Source: Amoebophrya sp. A120 (taxonomy: Eukaryota; Protista; Dinoflagellata). Taken from it: 64,000 nucleotides of DNA. A model generated the notes under the pieces. The model was not told the origin of the DNA. It was given only the letters and a program-made list of their open reading frames with translations, and ran no database searches. Below are positions 44,901 through 56,184 of this stretch, piece by piece; within the stretch, counting starts at the first letter, position 1; each line of letters begins with the position of its first letter. The position numbers and the translations under genes were made by a program. The stretch covers positions 1,276,190 through 1,340,189 of the forward strand of contig CAJINV010000018.1 of the NCBI GenBank assembly GCA_905178155.1. The letters run 5' to 3'.

Positions 44901-47732
44901 GTCAACAAAGACCATTCGACCGGGGAAAAATCGCTGACGGACAGTTTCAAACCCCAAGAAATCGTGACTTTGCTCCACTGCGCGACGAAGTTGTGGCAAA
45001 GCTGCTCCTCTAGTACTTCCGGGGCCGGGTCATTTTCCTGCGAAGATGAGGAAATCATCGGTGCTGGCTCCGGGGGCAAGGTAACCCAGGCAGCCACTGG
45101 AGACGAGGAGAAAGGAACTACAAGCGCGAAGAGCAAAAGGCAGAAACGGCCCTACGACCTGTCGCCTAGCGAGGAGGACTTGGGGAAAACGGACGAAAAA
45201 TCGCAACTGCGGGTGGAAATTTGCAAGTTGCTACAAAAGCTGATCGTGCATCAACATCAGGGAACTACTACTGGTACTACCCCGCAAATGAAGGCTGGTG
45301 CGGCTCCTTCATCTGCGGTTACTGATATCAAAGCCTCGTCCAAAGAAGGAGAACAGCCTGCAGGTCGTGTTGGGAAACAAGATATAATGATTAACGGGAA
45401 CAACAACAAGGCGAGCGGAATGAATAACGTGCTGGTAAAAGATAACGCGACGCCTTTTGCCCAGTACAACTTGCAAGATTTGTCGAACCTGCTGTATTGC
45501 GTGGCCCAGGTGGTTCCACAATCCGAGTTGCACAACTTGAACGGCGACATCCACAAGTTCATCAAAAGAACCGCTCTAGAGTGCCGAAAGAAGGCGGGAG
45601 AAGTGGCCACAAGCACAGCAGCATCCTCAACTAGTACCGGCGGACAGGTGACTTCTAGACAAAACAGCAGTATGATAACCTCCACTTCTCACAAGCAAGA
45701 CAACGCTAGTACAACCTCTGAGATCAGCAGTGTCCTGTTCTCTTTGCAGAGACTGAACTTCTGCGACCCAGGCTTGTTGTTATCGTCCGCCGACTTGATA
45801 ATCTATCAGGCGAAACGGGCGGAGGTGAAGCTGCAGTTGCAGCCTGGAGGTGGAGATCATCGGAAAGGAAATCAAGAGCTGGAAATGCACCTCCGCGCAG
45901 AGGAGGAGGACCATGGGAAAATAAAATCATTTGAGATGTTAAAAACCCCCGGAACTACGGGATCAACAACAAAAGCAGCAGCAGCAGCAAAAGACTTCAA
46001 ACCTTGCCTCCGGCCCACCGTCGGGAGACCGGACCTTTTGGACAGGTCCTCCGACGCCCTGGCGCGCTTGGTGAGCACGGTGGGCTCCTGGGCGAAGTGC
46101 GGGGCTTTTCAAGCGGAGTTTTTCGACAACTTTCTCCCCCTGAGCGCGGCGCTTTGGCCGGAGTTCTCGATTGCGCAAAAGGCCGACGTTCTCTGGGCGG
46201 TCGGTGCGGTAAAAGGGATTTACTTCTACGGTTCTGGCTCTTCGAAGAAAGCGACGGTGGCCGGGAAAAGAGTGCTGTTGTTGAACGGGGGCATGGACGT
46301 TTTATGTGCATCCTCCTCGAGCAGGAAAACCAACGACACACCTGTTGCTGTTGAAACGACGTATCAGGCCGACGAAGGGACTTTGCGGGCCATGGATGCG
46401 TTTTTCCGGGAGAAAATTCGTCTGTTACCGGGAGAGGACACGGGTAAGCTGCTCCACAACAGCTTCCGCGGGGAAGCCCTCACCAGGGTCGCGTTTGCAA
46501 TCTACAGCGAAGAGATCAACATGAATACGGCGGCGCAGAAGCAGCAGGATCACGCTCTACTTCATAGTGCTTCTTCTTCTTCATCTTCTGGAAGAAGCTT
46601 GGCTCCTGCTCTTTTTGATGTGCCGGCGGGATGGCGGGTAGGGGGTCTAGCGGGTGTCAAGCCAGCACAAGTAGAGAACAAAGAGAATGAGCACGATTCT
46701 ACTTGTTCTGCCAACAACGACCAGAGCAGGGCCAAGCAGGGCGCGCTGGAGCACTTGGTTTCCAAGGAAATTTTCGAAAGCGTGAAATCCCTCGGGGGAC
46801 TGCGAATTTTCACGGAGCACGACATTCTCGCGAACGGCTGGGGGGATAAAAATTTGGGGAACCTCAAGGGAACTACAGGTAGTAGAACCGTGGATAGTAA
46901 AAATGACGAGAAGGTGGACCATCAGATTTATGCAAGAGCTACGACCTCCGTACAGCAGTTACAGAACCTTTTCAAAGTCGACTTCTGCTTGCGGCTGGAT
47001 AAGGAGCAGAAAACAAACGAAAAAACCGCGTTCATCGTAGAGGTGGACGGCGATTTGCACACGATGCGAGTCCTGGATACTACTACCGTGCTGGAGGAGC
47101 CTTCTTCTGCTCCTAGTGCTCGTGGTAGAGTAGATCAACATGCGGTCAGCACGACTGCCGGGAAGACAAATATTAAAGTCGACCGCGTGAGCACGGGTAG
47201 CACGCTGCTGCGGAACCAGGTGTTTCGGAATCTGCGATACTCGTTCTACGTGATCTCTTGGGCGAGTTGGAGCAACGCGCCGAAGGACAACAAAACCGAG
47301 TGGGTCCGGAAGATTCTGGAAAAGAAGCGCGACACACTGGTGAAAAGAACGAACAAGGCAGCTGGTTCTACTTCGAGACCGGACGGTGGCAGCTCTGTAC
47401 CAGGGGTGGTTGGCAAGAAGAAGCCTTGTGCAGGACGAGCAACCCCAGGAGCACCGGGCCTTCCCCCTGCTGGAGCTGAGAAGAAGACGGGAAGTCGTGG
47501 AGGTGCAGGTAGCGATAGCACGACGCGAGGTCCTGTTCTGACAGCAGGGGATGAAGTGGGAGAAGCGGACGATGTGGACACTGCTGCTGTTGCGGCAGAT
47601 CTTGTCCAGGAGGTCGAGGAAGCTACTGCTGCTAATGCCTCTCTAGTCGGGAATGCAGACTGCAAAGCGAAGGTGGAACGGGACGAGGAAGATGTGGAAA
47701 AACCTTTGAAGCGGCAGAAGCAGGCCGAGTAG
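41960..47732 (+). CDS. RAP-domain RNA-binding protein with helical repeats; 4 introners
   Basis: Repeats YTPQAVANI, FKPQELVNLVSAFAK, QRELSNFCWALQKL, YNLQDLSNLLYCVAQV; RAP domain FKVDF...IVEVDGDLH...STLLRNQV...ISWASW. Confidence 0.85.
42768..43094. mobile_element. Introner family F, reverse orientation relative to 59229
   Basis: tattgcgaggaaaaatcctccctcccc...ttttgata; direct repeat TTCCG. Confidence 0.88.
43404..43657. mobile_element. Introner family A2
   Basis: TIRs; direct repeat CAAAA. Confidence 0.92.
43695..43903. mobile_element. Introner (singleton TIR type)
   Basis: tatcccacgaaaaaactgtttcactgtga...tcacagtgaaacagttttttcatgcgata; direct repeat GAAGA/GAAAA. Confidence 0.9.
44224..44485. 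mobile_element. Introner family A (262 bp)
   Basis: TIRs; direct repeat CGCGT. Confidence 0.93.
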
Positions 47733-48827
47733 AAACGAGAGCGCTGGAACCATGCAGAGTACTTAGAACTTCAACTCTTTGCGCCTTCACTTGCATTAGT
47801 GCTTACAACGAGCAAGAAGTTCGGCCAGGGACCACTAGTGCATTGACTGCAGGTAGAAAGGGGGTGCACACTGCCTGATGAATGCTTGCTATAGAAACTA
47901 CGAGTGCAGCTGAACAAAGATGAAACCGTAGCAATAAACGCTGTTTCAATGCTCGTGCGACTTTACTTTTATTTCGAAATAATAAAGCGACTTCAACTAG
48001 TACATGCAAACACGACCACACATTAATTCCGCGATAAAATGCTACGCAGAAAATCTGCTCACGATGTATTTCTTCTCTGAGAGAGAGAAGCTCCTTTTGC
48101 GCAAGAAAAGCGGCTCGTTGTTGTTCAGGTACTAGCGTTCTCAATGCGAAAATGTTCGCTTGTCCTGTTTATTTAGGTACTAGTGTCCTCAATGCGAAAG
48201 TGCCCGGTCGTGCTCCTGGGCAGTAGAACCGCGCGTCCCTTGTGAATGTGTTGAGATGTTGGTGAGCACGAGTCTTAAAAATTAGTACCCTTTTGCTTTT
48301 GCATAAAAATGTAAACCGAATAACTACAACTAGCGGCGCGGCGCAGGATCTTCAGATAAAGCAGAGGACGAGAGAAAATGCAAAGGCAACAAGGCTCCTT
48401 TTCCAATAAAGACGAGGAGAAATAAGCACGTGCTATCTCAGTCCCGCCGGAAAGATGAATTCGCGTCTTGCTCATTTATCAACCTCCGCTGGAAGAAGCT
48501 CCTTCACACCGGATTTTTAATATGCACTTGTTGCAAACTTTTCGTCGATTCACGCTCTGACTTGATACTAAAATTGCTAGGTTGTGTTGGTTTTGCGGTC
48601 CTTGCGACTCAGTCTGTTGAGGCAAGGAGGCCCTCCCCGCGGCGTGGAGGTCGTGTAAGTCGGACGTAGTAACCTGAAAGGAGATAAAGAGTTATCACAT
48701 GATTTGAAAAATACATGTTGTGGACGACCACAATTGAACATTGATCCGAACTTGTTCTACCTTCACGCCTGGGCGTCTATCTCCACCTAATCAACAAAAA
48801 CCGTCCAGCGCGAAACAGGACCACGAC

Positions 48828-50172
48828 ATGGCCTCCTTGCAGCGGGGGATGTCGACCACAGGTCTCACCGTTCCCACTCCGGTGCGAGAGACGATGGAGA
48901 AGCTCGCCAAAAAGCACCACCAGCTGGAACGGCAGGAGACGGACGTTTTCTACACCGCAAACCACGAGTATGCCTTGGTCTAGTTGTAGAGTTCTTCTTC
49001 AGAGTCAAGTCAATGCAGATGGTGTGCCATCGACGCAGCAGAGTCTGTCATGGGGAGATGGAGCAGAAAGAAAGTAGTCCGCTGTTGCCGGAGATGTATC
49101 TATTGATTCTCTGGGATGATTTTTCCGCATATAGTACTAGCATTTTTGATCTCCATAGGCAACATATCAGTACGATGAAAATATTGATGCTGCTGTACGT
49201 ACTTTCACTTTCACTTTGACGTGCCTCTGGCTACATCCAGTTTTGCGACGGCATTCGCCTCCAGAGTTCAACTCGCACCTGTCCGCGAACGACTGCACTA
49301 CGCAGGAGATTTGGCCGCGGGTGCTGATGATACAGCGGCAGCTGGGGGACCTGGGGAACAAGCTGGACCTGTTGCACGACAGCGTGGACTATCACCTGTA
49401 AAAATGTCTGGGTCTGGAAGATTGCAGACTTGTCATGCATATTTTGTATGATGATTGATGCCTCTGATGCATGATCTAGCAACACAGATTTTTAGAGGGC
49501 TTCCTAATGCCTATTCCGCATGAGAAAGGCCCTCTCCGCGTAACACAAACTGGAGTCCTGTTGCTGGTCATGCAATACAGATTCTTTTGGACTCCAAAGA
49601 CAGCATTACAAGTTGCAATCTTCCAGACCCAGACATTTTTGCAATCCACATGGACCCAAGTATGGTCTGCGTAAAACTGGAGGATGCGAAAACTGAGGTA
49701 GAGGAGTATCAAATGCAAAAATGTTTGGGTCTAGAAAAAAGCAGCGCTTGTCATGCATATTTAGCATGACTCCTGATGTCTCTGATGCATGCCCTAGCAT
49801 CACAGATTTGTTGAGGGCTTTGTGATGCCTGTACTGCATGAGAAATGCCCTCTCGGTGTAACAAAAAATGGACCTCTTTTGCTGTTCACGCAATGCAGAT
49901 TCTGTGTAGAATCCAAAGGCAGCAGCACAAGTTGCAACCTTCCAGACCCAGACATTTTTGCATTCCATAAGGAGACCGTGACGCGGATTCAGGAGTTAGA
50001 GGAGCACGTCCAGGTGTCGAAAGTGTGCAGCACCGCGGATTATGCGACGGAAATTTTGCTGCGGTTGGACAGCATCCAAACGGAGTTGACGCAGGTGAAA
50101 AAGGATTTACGGAAAACCGAGGCCGAGGTGCGGTTTGTGGAGAAAAACATGTGCCAATGCGTGGTGATGTAG
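48828..50172 (+). CDS. Small coiled-coil hypothetical protein; 1 conventional intron + 2 introners
   Basis: MASLQRG...; spliced LLHDSVDPSMVCVKLEDAKTEVEETVTRIQELEE. Confidence 0.7.
49390..49650. mobile_element. Introner family A (right end ...ACA)
   Basis: TIRs; direct repeat TGGAC. Confidence 0.9.
49707..49969. mobile_element. Introner family A
   Basis: TIRs; direct repeat AGGAG. Confidence 0.92.
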
Positions 50173-50949
50173 CAGTAGCAGTAGTGGACTGGTTGATGAA
50201 TTTAATCTATCATGTAATGGGACAAATAGAACTGAACATCGAAGAGCAACTGCGTTTTAGTTTTACACTTTTACTAATAAAACTAGAAGTTGAATGAAAG
50301 GAGAAACATCGGGAATATCGACCCATTTCTAATTTATGAAAGTTGATTTCCAAGAAGAGTTTTTGTGAATACTACGCATTTTACAACGGAAAATTATTTC
50401 TGGTTTTGATGCTGAGCATGTAGCCGGTTGCGTTATGGAAAAAGAATCACACTCACACAGACTGCTGAGCACAAGAATTCATCTAATGTGGACAGTGATT
50501 TTCATTCTTTGTAAGGTAGTTTCAGGAGGTTCATGAAAGTTCATGGCAGAAGAAGTTCCACAGCCAAGCTTTCTCGGATGAAATTTTTGAAGGATCATGA
50601 AGCGAGTTGTTTAGAAGTCGAACACATTCTGTATATCTTTTTGGCGGCGTTTCCTACATTGTGCAGCACTTGTGTGTCCTCGTGCGCCGCAGGCATTGGA
50701 GGTAATGCGAGCTTTGTATTCGCAATCATTTTTAACCGTGCCGAAGCGAAATAATTATTGCGAAGCAGGCAAGTCGCGCAGTTGTATTTCATGCGAACAA
50801 AGCAGAGATTTTCAAAGTGTTCTTCGCGGTTTTCGTTGCTGCTCAAGGCAACACGGGCCAACAGGTCCTAATCGAGAAGTGTTGGAGTGGGCGGAGCGCT
50901 GTTCGGGAAGAAAAGAAAACGGCGACCTTTCTCATTTCAAGCAGAGAAG

Positions 50950-52145
50950 GCAAGTGGCACACGTCTGAGACCGCGAAGCGCCGCCGCGCCGCGGGGGGGT
51001 TTTTGAAGAGCGCGCAGGCGGTTAGAGTTGACGTCCGCGCCGGCGGGGGTGGAGCAGGCGCCACGTGTGTGCTTGGTGTTTTCGCCAAAGTTTTGGGAGT
51101 TGCCACCGGTGCCGAGACCGCCCCCGGTGCGACCGAGTTCCAGCGCGCCGGCACTCCGGAGTGCCCGCCACAGCACCCACTGGCCGCGCCGCTCGCCAGC
51201 AAATGGCGCGCGCCTCGCTTCAAGGGCCAGGCAGCCTTTTTAAGGGTTGTCGGCGGGCCCGGTGATTGTATGAGAAACGCCACGCCCGAAGCGGCGGGCC
51301 CCTTCCCGGAGCCACCAGGCGCCCGCGGGCGGTGTCACCAAGTCAATTGGGCGGGGCGCGCAGCCGCGCGGGCGGCGCTCGATAGCGCATTGGGCGCGGG
51401 CCGGCGCCGGCGGGGCCGCGGGCCAGGCGCTGCGCACTTGCCGCGCGTTTGGGCGCGGCCGCCTCCCATGGCGGGACAGCGGGCCGCCACGGGGGGGCCC
51501 TCCGAACGCCACCCCCTTCGGCTGGCCCGCGAAACAGCGCAGGCGGTCAGGGAGCAGGCGGCCCCGCTTTTCGAAGAGTTTTTTCGGGGTAGGAGGTTCG
51601 GGAAGCTGCTGGAGTAGCATGGCGATGGGGAAAAAAGCCCGCCGGCGTTCCTGCAATCGGCCCCGACTTTGGTGGGGCGGGCCATTTGGCGCGCCCCCCG
51701 CGCGCTCGCCCCCCAAGCCCGTGCGCCCCGCCCGCCCTGGCCGCGTAGGGCCTTGGCTGTTGCGTGTGCCTTTTCCCCCTGGGGGCGCGACCGCAGAGCG
51801 CGCCACCGGCCCCGAGCCCGCCGGCCCCGCCGCGTCATGACTTCATTCGCACCCGGGCGGCGCGGCCTCTTCGCGCGCCCACCGACCCGCGGGACACCGC
51901 GCGCGCGATCTTCTTCCCGCAGCAGGCTGCGCACAGGTTGCCCGCACTCGGGGAACACAGCGCTGCCGCAGGCATATTGCTTGGCTTTGCTGCTGTTGGC
52001 GCCATTGCGCGACGGCCCTCTCGGGTGGCGTTGCCTTCTTCGGGCGATCCTTCCGCACCGGGGAAGACACTCTTCCTGGCCGCTCCTTGGCGTAGGCGTT
52101 GGCAAAAGCTGCACCGCACGCACTTCAATATGTGAAGCCACTTGC
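50950..52145. mobile_element. Possible GC-rich non-autonomous TIR insertion
   Basis: gcaagtggc...gccacttgc termini flanked by GAAG on both sides; very GC-rich interior compared with flanks. Confidence 0.35.
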
Positions 52146-52573
52146 GAAGGTTTTGAATTTCTATCCACGCCGGGTGGCCGGTGCACTTTGTTGCGTCTGT
52201 GTTCCGGCGTCTACTTATTCCTGCGTCTCACGCCGGCAATCAGGCGGGGCGCGAAAACTGCGAGGGCTGTTGATAACGTTGATCTGCTAGTGCATTCTCA
52301 GTGATGGGCACAAAAGTAGTTTCCACTACTTTCTTTCTGTACTGCAGCCACCTACGACGTGGATGCAGAGAGTTGAGCTTCACGTCATCTATCTTTCGGT
52401 GGAGCTGCATCTTCTTGCCCGAAGCAAGACTGCAGCCATCATCCCCTCTGTTGTCTTCATAGAGCGACGCACCTTGAATTGAGTCCGAAGAAACAACGCA
52501 AGTCAAGTAGAGACGGGCTACGTACAAAGCCGAGCCTTTACTACAAGTAGCCACATCTATTTTTCAGGAAAAG

Positions 52574-55123
52574 ATGGGAAGCTCGGTGAGTACCGACACA
52601 ATTCCGGTCCTGGTGACCATGGTCGACGTGCACAATGCGAAGGCCCAGGACCAGTTCTACTTCGCCAACGTACTTAAGTAAAGTGTAGGAGTTTATTTCC
52701 ATGACGGTGGCGCTGCATAAGAAATTTGAATCATAATCAGCAGGAACTGCATATGCATTTTCAGATGGACGAATAGCATGACTGTGTCGACATCGTTTTT
52801 CCGAAACATCAAAAACAGGTCTCCACCGGTGGTGCAGCGACAAAGGTGATCGGCCGATCACAGACTTTTATGGAGATGATGGAGATCGACTTAAATTTCT
52901 CCTTTTCTGGTGGTTGAAATTTAAATTTGTTCTGGTAATTTTGATAACAAAAACTGGTCATTGATCTTTTACTCACGATGCAGCTGCGTATGTGTGTCAT
53001 TTGTACTACCGAGGAAACTGACATATGCGAACTTTTGAAAGAGTGTCAGTCTCCAATCTTCATACGTCTGTCGGTGGAAGTAGGGATCAGCACGATTTTG
53101 GTATCCTGTGTTGTATTTACACGTCGTCGCCCCCGTGGTCCTTTCTTCTGTTTCTGTCATGCGTCGGTCGATAAGTAGCAGGCTCTGTTCTCCGAAAATA
53201 GTGTTGTTTCATTCATTCTTGTTTTCGACGCTTTGCTATGGCTATGCATGTGAAAAAAAACCCGAGCAGAAAGGAATAGACGCGGGATTAGGTCGTGTGG
53301 TACTTGTCACTGAGTGATAACTCTCCCTGGTGATCTACGAGTGCCCCGAGCCCCAGTTTTCGCCGGAATACGCACGCTGCCCTAGGAAAGTGGAACGTTT
53401 TGGCTGAGGAGGTGAATTTGTCTTGCGCTTTGCATCTACATAGACAAACTCCACACTCACAGTCTGGTTGTGCAAGAGAACAAATTTTTCGCATGAGAAA
53501 TTCATCATAGCCAAACCGGTTTTTCCTTGCCATAAACCTCGGGACCATCCGATTTCCCATCGAGCGATTAGCGGAGCGCTACAGCAGCGGAATCTTTCAG
53601 CAGTGGTAAGATCAACATACAGATTTTTGCTTTACCAACAGCATGACAAATCTTTTTCGCAATTTGCTGTTGTGCTGCTTGAGAAAAATCTCTTTCTCGA
53701 TGAGTATCCAACAAGAATTATCCTGACACGGTACTTAGACTTACTCTTACATCATTGCAACGACCTCCCAGGTTCAATCTGGACACCAAAGCCGATCCCC
53801 GGGCACCACCGGGTGACTTCCAGCAGATCAATGGAAAGTTTGAAGCCGCTTACTCCGATATCGTCGAGGGAGAAAAAAATTGTCTCACCACATCCACCTG
53901 TTTGTGGTTTGTATAACATGAGAGCTGCGATCAACACCGATAAAGAAGTGCTTCAGTATTGCTTAGGTTCACGATCACGCGCTAGACAAAAATCCCGCCT
54001 CATTCGGTCAGCCTCCATCATGGCACGTGACCGAGGAAGATCAGCACCGCGTGCATTGAAGCTTGTTTTCTTTTCATGCTGCAAAAGCATCCGAGGTTGT
54101 ACTAGTGGTAGTGGTGCACCGACAGTTTTTGCCACCGGATATCCCGAGCAACGCAGGACGTCTACGCGCCGAAAATCTGCTTGAGTATGGTTTTGTTTTC
54201 TGCTCAAATAATGATGTCTGTTTTTGTCATGCGTGTAGTTTCTCTGTACACGACGTCCTGTCTTTGTCAAATGCACGATTCTCTAGTACAGGTTGCATTT
54301 TTTCGAAACAAAAAATAAGGTATCATCGGATCCAGTTTTGAAGTATCCCGGTCCGGTCGAAGTAGCTGCTCCATCTTCGTTTCTGAAGATACGAGAGACA
54401 AGATCGTTGTCCTGAGGTAGAACTAAGATGAACGGGAAGACAGATTCTTCAACAGCATGTTGACTTTTGAATGTTCTGCTTGTTTGGCACCAGCAAAATC
54501 GTAGCAGTAGTTTGTGTTTGTGATGACTACTATCACGCGCGTGGTCTCAGGATGATTTGCAACGCATACAGTATGTGAAGACCCAGGCCGGCCCGGACAT
54601 CAAGGCTTTGATCGCGTCCCACAAACAGCAGGCGGCCTATGTGGACTCGTATAATTCTGTCTGAGTTAGCGCGGATTTTAGCAACATGAGTTTCGTTCAC
54701 TTTGCAGCTGCATGATGAAACAAGTACTGCTATTGCCTGATATATTCTGTGTTGGTCGTGAAAAATGGTCAAGTTCTTCTGCATGAGAAATTAGAGGAAA
54801 TTGTTTTCGTACAGGTTGCATGAAGAGCTGCGGCGGTTGAACACACCGTCCTATCGGCCGGTCGGTGGTATCGAACAGAAGAAAGCGGGCAGGTCACACT
54901 TGTAATGCATAAATGCACATACACAGAAAAACCTGCCACGGGTCGTGAGCCCGTAGCATGCTGTTTAGGATGTGCAATGCAGACGTGCTTCATATCTTTG
55001 CAGTAGAAATTATATCAATGTGCCCTGTCAGCTTTTTTCTGTGTGACAGCTGGCGGCCAGCCCGGGGACCCGAGAGCAAACATGGCAGCGGCCAGCGGTG
55101 CCGGCGGTATGGGGATGCCGTAA
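52574..55123 (+). CDS. Multi-exon hypothetical protein with N-myristoylation-like start (MGSSVS); exon structure only partly resolved
   Basis: Candidate exons, mostly GT-AG bounded: MGSSVSTDTIPVLVTMVDVHNAKAQDQFYFAN, VSTGGAATKVIGRSQTF, ERLAERYSSGIFQQW/FNLDTKADP, YVKTQAGPDIKAL, LHEELRRLN...GMGMP*. Confidence 0.5.
54869..55048. mobile_element. Introner family C (right end ...ACA)
   Basis: tatcgaacagaagaaagcgggcagg...cagcttttttctgtgtgaca; direct repeat GGTGG/GCTGG. Confidence 0.8.
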
Positions 55124-56184
55124 AAGTAAAACGGGTCGGGAGCCGCAAAACTACAAGTCGCTTTTTTTTAATACCACGGAGAGTAAAATAATAGTCCTAT
55201 TTACAAAACGATCGAAACATCACGACGATGAAGCGCGACTAAGACTTGTCGGAAAGGGCAGTTTCAAACCTAGTTTCTGTTTCTAACTAGCAAGCAGATG
55301 ATGTTTCGAACAAAAGAATGGAACGATGCAGTTTGTGTTGGCAATCTTTCTTGTTGGCATGAAAACTCATTTTTTTTTCCTGAGTTTGTATTGCAAGAGC
55401 CCGATGAAAATTATAGTGCTGCTGAACCGGATGTGCCCGTGGAATCGATGACTTGATTCTGCCTAGCTGCGCTGGTTTCTTTAACTTGTGTGTCTTCAAC
55501 AAGAGGCAACCGGCGTGAGCGTCCTGTTCTTCCGTTCACGTGTGTTGCACTGTTTTGTATGAAGAATTTCACTTCCTCCAGATTGTTGAGCAAAAGCGTT
55601 TCAATTTGATTCATGAAGGAGAAATCAATGCTTTCTTCGTTTTTCTTCTGCACGCGTAGATGAAATCGTCATGCGTCAACATTGAAGATCGTTATCGCTC
55701 TTTTCTTGGTTCGTTCTTTCTTCGTTCATCCTCAGAAGTGGTCGTTCTCATGTCGTGCTCTCATCGTGCAAAAATGAATCGTGCGTCGCGCGCAAGCGCA
55801 TGAGCAAACGGTCCATAGTCGTTTTTTCTTCGCGGCTGTTTTTTTTTGGCAGCGGCTCGGCCTGCAATGGTGGCGCTTTTGCCACATCGTATGGTTGTTG
55901 GTCTGTATGTTTTTTTTTGGATGCTGTATTGTGGTTATAGGATTTTGGTTTTCTGAGACGTCGCTTTTTTCCTTAGTCGCCACATCTGCAGCTGGCACAC
56001 CCTTTCTCTAAGTACCCCAGACAAAATAACCACCCCTGCATGTGATTATTTTACGTTTGCTCCTAGACGACATAGAAAGTTCTACTACCCACATCATACC
56101 TCTTCTTTCCTCTCTGCCTCCAGCAGCAGAACAATCACACTGCTCGCATAAATAAAGCCGGACAAAAGTAGCTTGAGAAAAATC

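Noticed and set aside
50817-52304. Long overlapping ORFs on both strands
   Set aside because: Expected from very high GC content; Arg/Pro/Ala-rich with no domain signal.
52240-53560. Degenerate minus-strand transposase suggested by Cys/His-containing ORFs
   Set aside because: No continuous catalytic motifs. The + strand has GT-AG-bounded exons of a host gene that explain the region better.
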